Source: a virus
Lineage: Duplodnaviria > Heunggongvirae > Uroviricota > Caudoviricetes
Strand: one strand, 5' to 3'
Virus record (IMG/VR): IMGVR_UViG_2909262264_000005
Length of the DNA stretch: 64,000 nt
Below, piece after piece: positions 17,773 to 31,043 of this stretch. The translations under genes and the position numbers were made by a program. Position 1 is the first letter of the stretch, and every line of letters starts with the position of its first letter. The notes below the pieces were generated by a model. That model was not told the origin of the DNA. It did no database searches and worked only from the letters and a program-made list of their open reading frames with translations.

Positions 17773-19206
17773 TCAAGGCTGCCCAGTCTTACCAGCATCA
17801 GCAGAAACAGCTTTGAGGATATAGGGTTCCAGAAGTCTGGCAACAGCTTCAAATACTGGCACCACAACTGAGTTACCGAACTGCCGATATGACTGAGTAT
17901 CTGAAACCGGAATACGGAATGGTTTCCCTCCAGGTTTTTCAAATCCCATAAGGCGTGCGCACTCTCGGGGAGTCAGCCTGCGTGGTCGACGAGCCTGATT
18001 ACTCTCATTCATAAAGTCAGCCTCTCCCGTTGCCATATCCCAACCACGATCAATAAGAATTTCTGATCCGTCTTTGTGATATCTGGCAGAAAGTGTGCGT
18101 GCAATGCTTTCCTTATTCTCAGGATTGACCAACCCAAAGCCAAAACCATTCCCCTTGGCTGCATGCTTTTTGGCGTAGTTATAAAGGTACTCCCATAGTT
18201 TTGGCGTAAGTATATATTTACTGTCGACTACAGGCTCCAGCAATTCACCAAATGATGGGCGGTGTTCCGGATAAAAACGACTGATATCACGCAAGGTAAA
18301 CCCCTTGTGAATATTCAGATCTCGTCTAAATCCGACCAGAACAATACGTTCACGATGCTGAGGCAAAAAATGCTTCCCATCGATAATCTTTGGATCGTTT
18401 TTTCCCATTTCTGCAGCATCGGCAACTTCGTAGCCCAGCTCGTCAAGGGTCTCCATAATGACTTTGAAAGTTTTACCCTTATCATGGCTCTTCAGATTTT
18501 TGACATTTTCCAGCACAAAAATTGCCGGTTTTTTTGCTCGTATAATACGTGCCACGTCAAAAAAAAGTGTTCCTTGTGCTTCACATTCAAAACCATGCGC
18601 ACGACCAAGTGAGTTTTTCTTACTAACACCAGCAAGGCTAAATGGCTGGCACGGGAACCCCGCAAGAAGCACATCATGATCCGGCACATGCTCATCAATA
18701 TATGCATAAGCATCCGTTTCCAATACATCGGTTTTATCACTCAGCGTGACTTCCCGAATATCGAGATTGAATTTATGCACCTGTTCATCGTTAAACCAGT
18801 TGGCCTTGTATGTACGCACAGCATCTTTATTCCATTCACTGGTAAAAACACACTGGCCTCCAATGGCCTCAAAACCTTTCCGTATCCCTCCAATTCCAGC
18901 AAATAAGTCAATGAAGCGGAAAGCATATTCCGGATGGTTTGCAGGTGGTTCTGGTAGCATCTTACGCAGAAGAGACTCTTCTACTGAAGTCAACGATTTT
19001 GGTAAACACTTGCCATTAATCCAGCGGTTAATGGTTTCACGGCTCCACTCATTTTTTCCGACTTTTCTCAGTAATTCAGCCACATACTTCTGATCATAGA
19101 TTTCCAGCACTTTCTCGATAAGCTTTTTATCATTTTCCTGTCGCAGCTTTTCTTCCGCCTCGGCTTCCTTCAGCAGATGCTGTGCCAACACTTCAAATTC
19201 AGACAT
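17773..19206 (-). CDS. DNA (cytosine-5)-methyltransferase, Dcm/M.EcoRII-like
   Basis: Motif [16 protein letters not shown], motif [22 protein letters not shown]; start MSEFEVLAQ with RBS GGAGG; tail-to-tail with the endonuclease gene (34-bp gap). Confidence 0.85.
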   Translation of the reverse strand: MSEFEVLAQHLLKEAEAEEKLRQENDKKLIEKVLEIYDQKYVAELLRKVGKNEWSRETINRWINGKCLPKSLTSVEESLLRKMLPEPPANHPEYAFRFIDLFAGIGGIRKGFEAIGGQCVFTSEWNKDAVRTYKANWFNDEQVHKFNLDIREVTLSDKTDVLETDAYAYIDEHVPDHDVLLAGFPCQPFSLAGVSKKNSLGRAHGFECEAQGTLFFDVARIIRAKKPAIFVLENVKNLKSHDKGKTFKVIMETLDELGYEVADAAEMGKNDPKIIDGKHFLPQHRERIVLVGFRRDLNIHKGFTLRDISRFYPEHRPSFGELLEPVVDSKYILTPKLWEYLYNYAKKHAAKGNGFGFGLVNPENKESIARTLSARYHKDGSEILIDRGWDMATGEADFMNESNQARRPRRLTPRECARLMGFEKPGGKPFRIPVSDTQSYRQFGNSVVVPVFEAVARLLEPYILKAVSADAGKTGQP

Positions 19207-19567
19207 AATTCCTCCAAGGGGTCTAATGGGTGAAACTTTATCACTCATTCAACCCAGAAGGAAATGTTTTATCTGGATATTTAAACAGTGACTACAACGT
19301 AATCTAGCACTGGTGATGCTTTGTTAGGCATAGAGAATCATTCTATATACGACTAATGACAGAAAAACAGCAGACAAGTAGTTTGTTCATAAATTAACGC
19401 ATACTATGTGTCTACGGTTTTCGAGACCGGTCCAATCATCAAACGAAACATAAAATTAGCTCACATTATGAGGAAAAGTATCTTTTTTGTACTATGTAAA
19501 TTCAAAGGCTTAGCCTCATTTCTCCGATGGTTTTCTCAACACTACTGGTTGTGAGCCCTTGCAATGA

Positions 19568-20386
<819 letters not shown>

Positions 20387-20408
20387 GTCTTTAAGTGATA
20401 AGCATAAA

Positions 20409-20452
20409 CCGCAGCACGTCATGCATACGTCGTGTCTGCGGTTTTTCTTTTT
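20409..20452 (+). terminator. Hairpin terminator between GIY-YIG gene and tfa
   Basis: CCGCAGCACG…CGTGTCTGCGG stem followed by TTTTTCTTTTTT. Confidence 0.4.
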
Positions 20453-20455
20453 TGC

Positions 20456-21040
20456 TTACACGGTGTCTGGTTCTTCTGGCCACTCAATATCCGGTGCAGT
20501 TGATGTATCAACACGGTTCAGCAACACCCGATACTTTTTCCAGGCTTCCAGCAATGAGGTTTCTTCCTCCGTTGCGATTTCCAGATCTACAGCATCCTGA
20601 AGTGGCGCAATATGCTCACTGGCTACCTGCATCAGGCTGTTTTTTGTTTCTTCCGCCTCTCGGATCCGGAACAGTTTTTCTGCTTCTGCATCTTTCACCC
20701 AGGCTGTGCCGTTCCACTTCTGAAACTCCCCTTCCGGCGATAACCAGGTAACATTTTCCGGTAACGGACCGAGTTCAGAAATAAATAACGCGTCCCCTGA
20801 CGCTACGTCATAAACCGTTTTACCCCGATGGTCTTCATCGAGATGCCACGATGCCTTATCACTGTTGAAAACAGCCACAAAGCCAGCAGGAATATCTGGT
20901 GGTGCAATATCGGTACTGTTTGCTGGCAGACCTGTATGAGGCGGAATATATGCGTCACCTTCACCAATAAATTCATTAGTTCCGGCCAGCAGATTATAAA
21001 TTTTTATGGTCCGTGGTTGTTCACTCATTCTGAATGCCAT
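20456..21040 (-). CDS. tfa: Tail fiber assembly protein
   Basis: [44 protein letters not shown]…; start overlaps stf stop (TAATG). Confidence 0.8.
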   Translation of the reverse strand: MAFRMSEQPRTIKIYNLLAGTNEFIGEGDAYIPPHTGLPANSTDIAPPDIPAGFVAVFNSDKASWHLDEDHRGKTVYDVASGDALFISELGPLPENVTWLSPEGEFQKWNGTAWVKDAEAEKLFRIREAEETKNSLMQVASEHIAPLQDAVDLEIATEEETSLLEAWKKYRVLLNRVDTSTAPDIEWPEEPDTV

Positions 21041-24000
21041 TATGCAAGCCTCACAATATAGTTAAATGCGATGTTTTTGACGGTGTTTTCCGCGTTACCA
21101 GCAGCGTTAACGGTGATGGTGTGTCCATGTGAACCAATCGCAACGGAGTGCGTATGAGCACCAATACCGACAGTATGCGCGTGTGCACCTGCAGATGCTG
21201 CTGTGCCGGACAGTGAATGGCTATGATTACCATCTGTACTGGTATTCGCTAACCACCCCGTAGACATACCTACTGAGCCTTGTACACCCCAGGTATTTTG
21301 ACCTGAGCTTGTATAACCATATTGATAAGTATCTTTAAAAACACTGGGGTTAAATCGACGGCCATCTCTATGGCTGTGATTACCAGCTGCATTCGTGCTG
21401 CCACTTAAACTATGGGTATGCGCACCAGTGTTATTCGTGGATTTAGTGCCGTAATCAAACGACGATGTGGTTTTCGTCCCCAAATCCGTACTGGATGCGC
21501 TGGCGCTGTGGGTATGCGATTTAATGCCATCCTGTTCCTGAGACAATACGGCACGACCACTGGCGGGCTTGCCCTTAATCGTCCAGCCACGCAAATCAGG
21601 GATCACGCCTGACGGATAAGCGGCAGCAAGTTTCGGGTAGGCAGATTTGTCAAAAGTCTGCCCCTGCATCAGGGCATAACCAGACGGAACGGTATCTGAT
21701 GGCCACGGGATTGGTGCGCCGACTGGGTAGCTTTCTGGTGGAAGATTTTTCGAGGTATAAACTTCTGCCCAGTCTTCCTCAAAACCATAGCCATCTCTTG
21801 AAGAACGGTAGAACAGACCACCATTTCTGTAATGCGCCTTCATCTGCAGGGTCCGGCAACTTCCGACTCCGGTATAGAAGTTAACCAGAATATAGCTGTC
21901 GCCAGAGCGGGTGACATTGTAAGCGCCTGATTCGGCATTCCAGGGAACGCCACCATCCGCATCGGCATATGTATCCGTTGCCCTTCTGGCAAAAGCAGCC
22001 ACATGCGCGGCGGTTAAAGTAATATCTTTGGAACCATCAAACTCAACACCAGAAACCAGTCTTGGCGTTTGCAGCTTTGTTGCTGTTAATGCATTACCGT
22101 TCAGACTTGCGGACAGTTTGGTTCCAATAACCAGTTCGCCGGTTGCGTTATCAATAGCAAACGGTCTTAATGTATTCCAGCCACCATAAACATCACCTTG
22201 ATTGGTAAGCAGCAGGTAAGTTTTAGCGCCATCATTACGCCATAATGCCCCATACTCCCCACCTATCATTCGAATCTGATTACCACCACGCGCTACAATT
22301 TCGTCTGTGGCAAAAAGTTTTTTGCACGACAAGTTATCGTTAACGATTAACGAATGAGACTCATAAAAACCACGCCCACTCTTAAAATCAAGGATAACGT
22401 CCGCCGCGATACATTCAGTCGCCGGATTTGTTGCCCCAAACTTATAGGTCGTATCATTAACAACGAGATCAGCACCAGGTGCGGATATTGACAGGCCATC
22501 TTCGATAAACGCAAAAACAGGGAAAGCAGCGCCATCAACATAGAACACAGAGCGCAAATCATCGCCCTTATTACTCATCATTATTGAGTGGATGGCTCGT
22601 TCATTGTTTTGATATTGCCAGAACATTCCATAAGCATAACGCCCCCTGTCAGTCCAGCCACCAGGCATAACAAATCCGTTAAACTCGCAGTTATTCATCG
22701 GATCGCCTGCGGTTCGCGGTGCCGTGGTGATAATGACCCTTGATGCCAGTTCGCTTACTGAGCCAGCAGAACGCATAACAACAACAGGGTAATATTTTCC
22801 AGATGTTGCACCTGCAGGAGCGTTAACCCGCACATAACGCATACCACGCTTATCAGCAAAGTCTGTTTTACTGACCGCGTTAATGTTGTTCAGGAAGCGT
22901 CCCTTATCGGGTATATCAGCGCCGTTCTGGTCTTTCTGCAGACGTTTCTCTGCATTGTCATAGGCTGATTTTACTGCCTTTGGCGTTGCCGCCAGCGTTT
23001 CAGACGTACTGTTGGTCGCACTGCTGAGCTGTACTATCCCCTTTTTCGTCGTACTTGCATCCTCAAGCGCCACGGCGGATGCAATATCCTCTGCCCGTTT
23101 AGCTGCTGTCTCGGCGCGCGTTGCCGCGGATTCCGCCGTACTTTTGCTCTGTGCTGCCGCCGTCGCACTGCCAGCTGCCTCTGTCGCCTTCGTGGATGCT
23201 GTCGTGGCGCTGCCCTTCGCTGCTGACGCCTGTCTGGTCGCCTCATCTTTTGAAGCAGACGCCGATGATGCCGATGACGCCGCCGAACTGGCGGACGATG
23301 CGGCAGCCGTTTTTGAGGATTCTGCGCTGGTTTCCGACGCTTTCGCGTTCGTCTCGGATGTCTTCGCTGCGGAAGCAGACCTCGCTGCTGCACTGGCCTG
23401 TTCAGTGGCTTCGCCAGCCTTCGTTGTGGCTGTTGAAGCGGACGATGCGGCGCTTTCTGCCGATTTTCCGGCGGCGCTAGCACTGGCTGAGGCCTGCCCG
23501 GCACTTGTTGACGCGGCACTGGCAGATGATGCAGCCGCTGTTTTTGAGCCTGCCGCAGCTGAGGCACTCTGTCCCGCTGCCGTTTCAGAAGACTTAGCGT
23601 TCGTCTCGGACGTTTTTGCCGCCTTCGCAGAATTTGCTGCCGCCGTTGCCGAGGAAGCGGCACTACTGGCGCTTGATGATGCGTTCGTTTCTGATGATTT
23701 CGCTGCCTCTTTTGAGGCCGCCGCATCCCGGGCTGAGGTGGCAGCTTCTGACGCCTTCGTGGTCGCGGCGGATGCAGAAGTGGCTGCAGATTTTTGTGAC
23801 GCTGCCGCATTCGTTTCTGACGTTTTCGCGGCACTGGCACTGGTAGCTGCCGCGCTTTTTGAGGACTCTGCAGCAGCAGCACTTTTCGATGCTTCAGTGG
23901 CCTTTGTTGATGCCGTTCCTGCGCTGGAAGACGCCTCCTGAGCCGAAGTCGCGGCCTGTCCGGCTGACGTGCTGGCTGCACGCGCTGAGCCTGCAGCATC

Positions 24001-24438
24001 AGTCGCATGGGTTGCCGCCTCACGGGCAGATGTGCCGGCATCGCCGGCTGACTTCTTCGCGGCTGCCGTGTTCTGTGCCACCGCGGACGCGTTACGCGCC
24101 ACCTCTTCCACCATCAGTTCAAAACGGCGCAGAGCCTCCGGACGGGCATCATCCTCCGTCATGGCACCGAGAAAATCATTCAGCGTACCGGGTCGGGAAT
24201 CTTCATACACGGTGATGGTCCCGGCATGTGACGGCGGGAATCCTTCCACCAACAGAATAACGCTGTACTGACCGTACTCAACGTCCATGCTGTAACGCCC
24301 GGCTTCATCCGGATTTTCTGAGGCCAGCGTGTTCACCACCACCGTGGTGCTGTTACGTTTTGCTTTCAGCTGGATTGTGCAGTTCTGTACCGGTTTTCCT
24401 GTGCCGTCTTTCAGTACACCTGAAATCTTTACTGCCAT
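21040..24438 (-). CDS. stf: Side tail fiber protein
   Basis: Start [37 protein letters not shown] and C-terminal …[27 protein letters not shown] as in lambda Stf; long Ala/Ser/Thr-rich central region. Confidence 0.85.
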   Translation of the reverse strand: MAVKISGVLKDGTGKPVQNCTIQLKAKRNSTTVVVNTLASENPDEAGRYSMDVEYGQYSVILLVEGFPPSHAGTITVYEDSRPGTLNDFLGAMTEDDARPEALRRFELMVEEVARNASAVAQNTAAAKKSAGDAGTSAREAATHATDAAGSARAASTSAGQAATSAQEASSSAGTASTKATEASKSAAAAESSKSAAATSASAAKTSETNAAASQKSAATSASAATTKASEAATSARDAAASKEAAKSSETNASSSASSAASSATAAANSAKAAKTSETNAKSSETAAGQSASAAAGSKTAAASSASAASTSAGQASASASAAGKSAESAASSASTATTKAGEATEQASAAARSASAAKTSETNAKASETSAESSKTAAASSASSAASSASSASASKDEATRQASAAKGSATTASTKATEAAGSATAAAQSKSTAESAATRAETAAKRAEDIASAVALEDASTTKKGIVQLSSATNSTSETLAATPKAVKSAYDNAEKRLQKDQNGADIPDKGRFLNNINAVSKTDFADKRGMRYVRVNAPAGATSGKYYPVVVMRSAGSVSELASRVIITTAPRTAGDPMNNCEFNGFVMPGGWTDRGRYAYGMFWQYQNNERAIHSIMMSNKGDDLRSVFYVDGAAFPVFAFIEDGLSISAPGADLVVNDTTYKFGATNPATECIAADVILDFKSGRGFYESHSLIVNDNLSCKKLFATDEIVARGGNQIRMIGGEYGALWRNDGAKTYLLLTNQGDVYGGWNTLRPFAIDNATGELVIGTKLSASLNGNALTATKLQTPRLVSGVEFDGSKDITLTAAHVAAFARRATDTYADADGGVPWNAESGAYNVTRSGDSYILVNFYTGVGSCRTLQMKAHYRNGGLFYRSSRDGYGFEEDWAEVYTSKNLPPESYPVGAPIPWPSDTVPSGYALMQGQTFDKSAYPKLAAAYPSGVIPDLRGWTIKGKPASGRAVLSQEQDGIKSHTHSASASSTDLGTKTTSSFDYGTKSTNNTGAHTHSLSGSTNAAGNHSHRDGRRFNPSVFKDTYQYGYTSSGQNTWGVQGSVGMSTGWLANTSTDGNHSHSLSGTAASAGAHAHTVGIGAHTHSVAIGSHGHTITVNAAGNAENTVKNIAFNYIVRLA
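23050..23950. repeat. Low-complexity Ala/Ser/Thr-rich coding repeats within stf
   Basis: Degenerate repeats such as AAKTSETNA…SASAA recur; generate spurious long ORFs in other frames. Confidence 0.5.
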
Positions 24439-24449
24439 ATTCACCCCAC

Positions 24450-24475
24450 AAAAAAGCCCGCCTGAACCGGCGGGC
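24450..24475 (-). terminator. Intrinsic terminator downstream of lom
   Basis: On the minus strand: GCCCGCC-GGTTCA-GGCGGGC followed by TTTTT. Confidence 0.45.
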
Positions 24476-24502
24476 TGTCATAACACTGTGTTACCTGGCT
24501 AA

Positions 24503-25102
24503 TCAGAATTTATAACCGACACCCACGATGAAACCGTCAGTGCGCCAGTCGCCACTGCCGGAGCCTTCATAAGCAATATCAATGGCCACGGATTCGGTCG
24601 GGTTAAACTGCACGCCAGCTCCCCACGCCAGAGACGTGTTGCTGTGGCGACCGTCATCACTTCCGGTCAGCACGTCGTGCGTTTTCCCCTTGTTGTCAGT
24701 TACGCGGAGATAATCCCCGGAGAAAGTCGACACACGGCTGTAAGCCACGCCTGCCATCGCATACGCGCTGAACCATTCATTCACGCGTACAGACGGCCCC
24801 GCCATCACGCTGAACCAGCGGTTACGCACGGAATCTTCATGCCAGCGGGTATCGCTGTAATGGGTCAGCTGGCGATTCTTGTCTCCTGCATAGCTGAACG
24901 ACGTCACCATCCCCAGTGTGTCCGTAAACTCATAACGGTATTTCACGTTAATCCCGTTCAGATCATCACTGCCGGGAACGTTCGTCCGGGCATGAAGATA
25001 CCCCGCGCTCAGCGTGGACTGATGTTCAGACGCCCATGCAGGCGCACCGGATACGGCCAGACAAATGGCTGCGGACAAAATGGCGGCATAAAGTTTACGC
25101 AT
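24503..25102 (-). CDS. lom: Lom outer-membrane protein (Ail/Lom family)
   Basis: 199 aa; signal peptide MRKLYAAILSAAICLAVSGAPAWA; beta-barrel C-terminus …FIVGVGYKF. Confidence 0.8.
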   Translation of the reverse strand: MRKLYAAILSAAICLAVSGAPAWASEHQSTLSAGYLHARTNVPGSDDLNGINVKYRYEFTDTLGMVTSFSYAGDKNRQLTHYSDTRWHEDSVRNRWFSVMAGPSVRVNEWFSAYAMAGVAYSRVSTFSGDYLRVTDNKGKTHDVLTGSDDGRHSNTSLAWGAGVQFNPTESVAIDIAYEGSGSGDWRTDGFIVGVGYKF

Positions 25103-25123
25103 AATTACCTCTCGCTTTTCTGC

Positions 25124-25150
25124 AATAAAAAAGGCGTCATTTCTGACGCC
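25124..25150 (-). terminator. Intrinsic terminator between J and lom
   Basis: On the minus strand: GGCGTCA-GAAA-TGACGCC followed by TTTTTTT. Confidence 0.4.
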
Positions 25151-25168
25151 CGTTCTGGGTTATAAAAT

Positions 25169-28100
25169 TCAGCTGATACTGATACCTGCTGTGGATTTTT
25201 TCATCACCACAACCAGCAGATCGCTGATACTGGTTGTTGGTGTCCAGTTATTCGCTCCTGATGAAGATACGGTGAATGTCAGTGTCAGCGTCCCCTGTCC
25301 GGCAGGCATATCTATAACTGAGGAAAATACGCCCTGAGCATCCGTCGTGGACTGATTAAAAATCTCCTGACCATTGCGGGTCACTCTTAACCGGCAGGTT
25401 GAATACCAGTATGACTGTTGGTTATTACTGTTGAAATTCTCATGCTTACCACCGCGGAATAACACTGGCGGTATCATGACCTGCCGGTCAAATTTCTGAT
25501 CATCACTGATTCTTACCGTGATGGTGCCACTGGCATAACTGTTCGTGCGGGGGAAAGACTTGCTGACCGTTTTGACAATATCGCCTTCAATCTGATTGGC
25601 TGACAGTTTCCCCTTAATCTGACAGTTCTCATTAATCGTGACATTGTTGAGCGTCCCGGAGTTCGCATTCACACTGCCACTGATATCCGCATTTTTAGCA
25701 GTCAGCTTTCCGTCCGGTGTCAGGGAAAATGCCGGAGGATTACCGCCGCTGGTAATGGTGGGAGCCGTCAGATATTTCAGGAACACTTCATTCATGAATA
25801 TCTGATCGCCCTGACCAACAAACATCGGCTTTGTGTTGCCATTCGCAGGATTAATCATCGCAATCCTGTCTGCCGCCAGCAGCACCTGACTCTGCATGCC
25901 GTCGGGGGTGTTCTCAATACCGGCACCGATACCCGCAATATAAAGGCGTCCGTCCTGCATCTGCTGCAGCTTCACTGCCCACATGCTGTTCAGGTTATTA
26001 TTTGTATCAACCTGAACCTTCTGTATCTGCTGGATCGCTGCACTCTGGTCTTCCAGTTTCTTATTGACGGTCTGTGTTATTTCATTGCTGACATCCGTTA
26101 TGGACGTCCTGATTTCAGTCAGGTCAGGCGCAAGCTGACCGTTATCAATCTGCGTCCACAGCTCCTGAGCCAGATGGGTTTTCCCTATCTCGCCTTTGAA
26201 AAAATCCAGATAGCCTGATGCATCATCACTCGGCTGACCGACAGCCTCCACGAATGCCGATTTGCCAACGGTGTTCACACTGCGAACGTAAAAATAATAA
26301 TCATGGCCCGGTTTGATATTGATACTGGCGGCTATCCAGTACAGCGCCGTACCAAGATAACGCGCGCTGGTTTCAACCTGCCTGATATCGGCAATCCGCG
26401 TTTCCGAGAACCAGAACTCAAACTGTACCGTCGGATCATAAACGGCAAGATGCGGTATGGCGGTTATCTGAAAATAGCCCGGCGTCAGCTCAATCCGCGA
26501 CGGTGCTGCCGGTGCGGCAATCCGGAACGATACCGACGCCGGATCGCCCTGCTGTCCCCACGCATTTACCGCCCGGACCGTCAGCGTGTAACGCCCCAGC
26601 GCCAGTTGCCTGAAGCGGTATGTGGTTTCCGTCGTCCGGGCCGTGCTGACCAGCCGCTCACTGCCGTCATCCGCTGTTACGGTCAGACGGAGCAGGAAGC
26701 TCACGCCCTTCACCACCTTCGGCGTGTCCCAGCGCGCCAGCACCTGGTATTCCCCGCTGTCTGCGGTGACTTCTGCGGTCAGGTGCTGCACTGCTGGCGG
26801 CGTGACACCATTCACCGTGCCGCTCTGGTCGCCGTCAAAGTGCGCCCCGTTATCCACGATGGCCTCTTTCTCCGGCACATGCTGCACAGCGGTGATGGCA
26901 TACGTGCCGTCGTCATTCTCACGGATACTCACGCAGCGGAACAGGCGCTGGCGCAGCGTCGGCAGCTTCAGCCCCCACACGCTGTACTCGGCAACGCCGT
27001 CAGGAACACGGCTCACTTTCACCTTCACGCCGTCGGTGACGGACTGGACCTCCACGCTGACCGGATTGCCACTTCCGTCAACCAGGCTTATCAGCGTGGT
27101 ACCGGAGGATGGCAGCGTGATTTCACGGTCGAGCGTCAGCGTCCGGGTCTGGCTGTTCACCGCCAGCACGCGCCCGCCGGTGCTGATACCGGCATAGTCA
27201 TCATCACAGATTTCAATGACATCGCCCGGTACATGGCGAAGCCCTTCGGCACCCACGCTGAAGTCCACGGTCTGCGTCTCCAGCAGCTCCGTTTTAATCA
27301 GCCACAGCCCGGCTCGGTGTGCCTGCCCCCGGCTGGTACAACCAAAGGCATCCATCTTCGTGACATTACGACCGTAACGGGCAATGGCCTGCGTGTCCTC
27401 CACAAGCTCTGTCGCCGTCTCCCAGCCGTTGTTCGGGTCAATCCAGTTCACCTCAACGGCATTATGGCGGTCTTTCAGGGCGCTGAAGCTGTAGCGGAAC
27501 GGCGCGCCATCATCCGGCATCACCACATTACTGCGGTTATAGGTCCACACCTTATCCGACGGTCGGTCCTGCACGAACGTCAGCGTCTGCCCGTTCCATA
27601 CCGGCATACAGCGCATCGCCGAGCAGAAATCACTGAGCACATCCCACGCCTTGCGCTGTGTGGTCAGCCAGGCATTACAGGTGATGCGCGGCTCCGTGCC
27701 GCCAAAGCCGTCCGGCACCGACTGGTCGCAGTACTGGCCGATGACATACAGCGCCCATTTATCCACATCCGCCGCACCAAGACGTTTCCCCATGCCGTAG
27801 CGCGGATGGGTCAGCATATCCCACAGACACCAGGCCATGTTGTTGCTGTATGCCGGTTTAAACGTTCCGTCCCAGATACCGCTGTATTGCCGCGTCTGCG
27901 GGTTATAATTCGACGGCACCTGCAGAATACGCCCGCGCAGATGATAATTACGGCTCACCTGCTGGCTGCCGAACTGCTCCGAGTCCACCTGCACGCCGAC
28001 CAGTGCCGTGTTCGGGTAGCACTGTTTCACATCGATAATTTCGGTGTATGACGACCAGAGCGTTTTGTTCTGCAGCTGGTCTGTGGTGCTGTCCGGCGTC

Positions 28101-28651
28101 ATCCTGCGCATCCGGATACTGAACGGGCGCGGCGGCAGGTTATCCACCACCACCGAGGCCAGATACTGTGAAGTGGTTTTACCCTTAATGGTGATGTCTT
28201 TTTCCGTCACCCAGCCACCGTTACGCTGAATCTGAACCAGCAGGCGGACTTCCGACGGATTCCGGTCACCCTTTGAGGTGGTTTCCACCAGTGCCTGCAC
28301 ACCGAAGGTAAAGCGCAGACGGTCGATGTTTGCAGACGTGATGGTCCGGGTGATCGGCGTGTCGTATTTCACTTCCGTACCCAGCACCGTCTCGGAACCG
28401 GAGGATTCAAATCCCTCCGGCGGTGTCTGCTCCTGCTCACCTGCCCGGAACACCACCGTGACACCGGAGATGTTGGTATTCCCCTCACTGTCCAGCACCG
28501 GTGTACTGTTCAGCAGCACGCTTTTTAATCCATCCACCGGACCTTCAATCGGCCCTTCGCTGATGGCATCGATCACACTCAGCAACTGCGTGGATTTCAG
28601 GTTATCCTTCGCTTCGCGCGGGGTATGCCCCTTACTGCTGCCTTTACCCAT
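25169..28651 (-). CDS. J: Tail tip/host specificity protein J
   Basis: 1160 aa; start [37 protein letters not shown] as in lambda J. Confidence 0.9.
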   Translation of the reverse strand: MGKGSSKGHTPREAKDNLKSTQLLSVIDAISEGPIEGPVDGLKSVLLNSTPVLDSEGNTNISGVTVVFRAGEQEQTPPEGFESSGSETVLGTEVKYDTPITRTITSANIDRLRFTFGVQALVETTSKGDRNPSEVRLLVQIQRNGGWVTEKDITIKGKTTSQYLASVVVDNLPPRPFSIRMRRMTPDSTTDQLQNKTLWSSYTEIIDVKQCYPNTALVGVQVDSEQFGSQQVSRNYHLRGRILQVPSNYNPQTRQYSGIWDGTFKPAYSNNMAWCLWDMLTHPRYGMGKRLGAADVDKWALYVIGQYCDQSVPDGFGGTEPRITCNAWLTTQRKAWDVLSDFCSAMRCMPVWNGQTLTFVQDRPSDKVWTYNRSNVVMPDDGAPFRYSFSALKDRHNAVEVNWIDPNNGWETATELVEDTQAIARYGRNVTKMDAFGCTSRGQAHRAGLWLIKTELLETQTVDFSVGAEGLRHVPGDVIEICDDDYAGISTGGRVLAVNSQTRTLTLDREITLPSSGTTLISLVDGSGNPVSVEVQSVTDGVKVKVSRVPDGVAEYSVWGLKLPTLRQRLFRCVSIRENDDGTYAITAVQHVPEKEAIVDNGAHFDGDQSGTVNGVTPPAVQHLTAEVTADSGEYQVLARWDTPKVVKGVSFLLRLTVTADDGSERLVSTARTTETTYRFRQLALGRYTLTVRAVNAWGQQGDPASVSFRIAAPAAPSRIELTPGYFQITAIPHLAVYDPTVQFEFWFSETRIADIRQVETSARYLGTALYWIAASINIKPGHDYYFYVRSVNTVGKSAFVEAVGQPSDDASGYLDFFKGEIGKTHLAQELWTQIDNGQLAPDLTEIRTSITDVSNEITQTVNKKLEDQSAAIQQIQKVQVDTNNNLNSMWAVKLQQMQDGRLYIAGIGAGIENTPDGMQSQVLLAADRIAMINPANGNTKPMFVGQGDQIFMNEVFLKYLTAPTITSGGNPPAFSLTPDGKLTAKNADISGSVNANSGTLNNVTINENCQIKGKLSANQIEGDIVKTVSKSFPRTNSYASGTITVRISDDQKFDRQVMIPPVLFRGGKHENFNSNNQQSYWYSTCRLRVTRNGQEIFNQSTTDAQGVFSSVIDMPAGQGTLTLTFTVSSSGANNWTPTTSISDLLVVVMKKSTAGISIS

Positions 28652-28711
28652 TCGTCATGCTCCATAAACGACAAAACCGCCCGGAGGCGGTTTCACATAA
28701 AACATTTTGCA

Positions 28712-29359
28712 TCAGCGACCAATCACCACAACCTGACCACCGTCCCCTTCGTCTGCCGTGCTGATCTCCTGAGAAACCACCCGCGACCCCACACGCATTT
28801 CACCGTACAGAACAGGCAAAACATTGCCCTGAGCAACCATGTTATCCAGTGAGGAGAAATAGGTGTTCTGTTTGCCGTTATCTGTACTGGCTGCCGTGGG
28901 CGTCCTGGCTTTCGGTGCCAGCATCTGGGCCACACCACCCAGGATCATACTGGCCCCTGCCGCATACATGCCCGATACAGCCGCAGCACCCAGCCAGCCC
29001 ACAGGGTTCCACCATGCCACCGCAATCAGCGCCGCCCCCAGCACCACCTGAAACACACCGCCACTTTTAGCTCCCGCCATACGCGGCACGATGTGAATCA
29101 CGGCACCATTTTCCAGCGGCTCATTAAGACGGGCAGATAATTCATTTTCTCCCGCATCACGCCCGGCAATGCGCACCTGATACCAGCCCTCATTCAGTTT
29201 CTGGCGAAACGACGGAAGCTGTGTGGCCAGCGCCCGGATGGCTTCAGCCCCCGTTTTCACACGAAGGTCGATGCGGCGGCCAAATCGTTGTAAATCCCCG
29301 TAAAGGCAGATGCGTGCCATGCCCGGTGACGCCAGAGGGAGTGTGTGCGTCGCTGCCAT
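28712..29359 (-). CDS. I: Tail assembly protein I
   Basis: MAATHTLPLASPGMARICLYGDLQRFGRRIDLRV… and C-terminus …LYGEMRVGSRVVSQEISTADEGDGGQVVVIGR as in lambda I. Confidence 0.85.
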   Translation of the reverse strand: MAATHTLPLASPGMARICLYGDLQRFGRRIDLRVKTGAEAIRALATQLPSFRQKLNEGWYQVRIAGRDAGENELSARLNEPLENGAVIHIVPRMAGAKSGGVFQVVLGAALIAVAWWNPVGWLGAAAVSGMYAAGASMILGGVAQMLAPKARTPTAASTDNGKQNTYFSSLDNMVAQGNVLPVLYGEMRVGSRVVSQEISTADEGDGGQVVVIGR

Positions 29360-30000
29360 TTGTCGGTATACCTCTCTCGTTTGCTCAGTTGTTCAGGAAT
29401 ATGGTGCAGCAGCTCGCCATCACCACAGTAAATGGCGGCATGATTCGGCACCGATGAACCAAAACAGCACAGCAGCACATCGCCCGGCTGCGCCTCTGTC
29501 AGTGCGACACGGTAAAAACCAGTCGCCTCCATATTGTCAAGATAGAGATTCTGGCCGTTACGCCACCAGTCATCTCCGCGATGAAAATCCGGCATCTCAA
29601 TTCCCGCCAGATGGTATGCATCCCGGAACAGCGTGTAACAGTCCGTCACCCCGTGCTCAAAGCGCCGCCCGGTAAGATGTGGCACACAGCGGAACTTGTG
29701 AATCGCCCCGCGGCAGACCAGCCACCACGGCAAATCACTCTGCACCTGCAGCCGCCGATCGGCCTCACTCAGCCAGGGCAGACCACCGGGATGACTGTGG
29801 ACCAGCGCCACAATCTCACCCTGCATTTCTGCCCGCAGCCAGTCCTCCGGAGCCATCCGGAAATACGCCTCCGGCTCACCGGAGATATTCACGCAGGGAA
29901 AATATCTTTCTCCCTCCGGCATTCTCACCACGAAGCCGCACGACTCCGCTGGCGCACATCGCCGGGCGTGCGCCAGAATCGCTGATTCTGTCTCTGTCAT
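29257..30000 (-). CDS. K: Tail assembly protein K (NlpC/P60-type + JAB/MPN-like motifs)
   Basis: MTETESAILAHARRCAPAESCGFVV…HSHPGG…; 3' end overlaps I. Confidence 0.8.
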   Translation of the reverse strand: MTETESAILAHARRCAPAESCGFVVRMPEGERYFPCVNISGEPEAYFRMAPEDWLRAEMQGEIVALVHSHPGGLPWLSEADRRLQVQSDLPWWLVCRGAIHKFRCVPHLTGRRFEHGVTDCYTLFRDAYHLAGIEMPDFHRGDDWWRNGQNLYLDNMEATGFYRVALTEAQPGDVLLCCFGSSVPNHAAIYCGDGELLHHIPEQLSKRERYTDKWQRRTHSLWRHRAWHASAFTGIYNDLAAASTFV

Positions 30001-30005
30001 GGGAT

Positions 30006-30707
30006 TTACTGCGAAAGTTTGTTAATGGAAAGGTAACCGCCAAAGTTGCCGACGTTATTGCGAAACTTACAGCCGCTAAGGCATTTGCTGCATTTATCCT
30101 TCGTGATATCGGACGTCGGCTGGTCATATTCATCCGCGACTGCCGGACCGTGATAACCGCACTCATCACCGCGATAGGTCCAGGTGCAGGTGTTGGCCAG
30201 CATGATACGCCCCGGAAAAACAGCACCGTCCGTTTCCGTCGGCGTGGACAGTACAAAAGAAGCACTGACCGCACTCAGTTCACTGCACTGCTCGATGCGC
30301 CAGCTGCTGATCACCTCCTGCTCCTGGTCGGCATCACTGTTTCCGTTGACGAAGTTCACCGCATCCAGAAAACGGGCGTAAACCTTACGCCGGACCACCG
30401 TTCCGCCGACCAGACTCTGCAGATCTTCCGCCATACCGGTGACCATACCGTGCAGGTTAGAAACCGTCAGTGTCGGACGGGCAGCACTGCCCTTGCCGTT
30501 CAGTTCAAATCCTGTCCCCTGAATGGGGTATGCCTGATACTGCCGCCCCTGCCAGGTGACCGGCTCACCTTTTTCGTTCTGCTCATTACATAAAAAATAA
30601 CGTTCACCACCGACCTCTGTCAGATCGATTTCCCAGAGCACCACCTGGGCTGACTGAGTGAGGCGTGTCGTCTCATGATGTGTTTCCTGTGGAATATCCT
30701 GCATCAT
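30006..30707 (-). CDS. L: Minor tail protein L
   Basis: 233 aa; lambda L-like order and size. Confidence 0.8.
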   Translation of the reverse strand: MMQDIPQETHHETTRLTQSAQVVLWEIDLTEVGGERYFLCNEQNEKGEPVTWQGRQYQAYPIQGTGFELNGKGSAARPTLTVSNLHGMVTGMAEDLQSLVGGTVVRRKVYARFLDAVNFVNGNSDADQEQEVISSWRIEQCSELSAVSASFVLSTPTETDGAVFPGRIMLANTCTWTYRGDECGYHGPAVADEYDQPTSDITKDKCSKCLSGCKFRNNVGNFGGYLSINKLSQ

Positions 30708-30713
30708 GGCCTC

Positions 30714-31043
30714 CTATGCCACGACCTGTTCAAAATCTGCCGTTATGGTTACCCACAGCGCCCCCACGCTTGCCGACCATTTACGACAAACCACCCTAAT
30801 CGGCTTCCAGTCATAAGGTGGCGTCCACTGAAATGCGCGGACGCCACCGTGCCGTTCCAGAAAGGCTTTTAAAGATGGGTGTTCACATTTACGAACACGT
30901 ATCGTCACGCTGTAAGTCGACAACTGGTTATTCAGTCCCGCCGCACGACGCTGTTCATAACCATCGCCCAGCTTCACTGTCACCACTTTCGGTTCTGATA
31001 CCACATTCATATCCGGGCGCACTTTCCAGTGAAACGTCTCCAT
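30714..31043 (-). CDS. M: Minor tail protein M
   Basis: 109 aa, same size and position as lambda M. Confidence 0.8.
   Translation of the reverse strand: METFHWKVRPDMNVVSEPKVVTVKLGDGYEQRRAAGLNNQLSTYSVTIRVRKCEHPSLKAFLERHGGVRAFQWTPPYDWKPIRVVCRKWSASVGALWVTITADFEQVVA

Noticed and set aside
23012-24271. Several long ORFs on both strands (e.g. 23012-23941 +, 23034-24041 -, 23969-24271 +) with Ala/Arg/Pro-rich products
   Set aside because: They overlap the Ala/Ser-rich repetitive part of stf in other frames; GC-rich repeats suppress stop codons. No RBS and no independent evidence.
26303-28051. 582-aa ORF on the + strand
   Set aside because: Lies entirely antisense within the J gene, which has an unmistakable lambda-J N-terminus; Arg-rich composition typical of antisense GC-rich frames.
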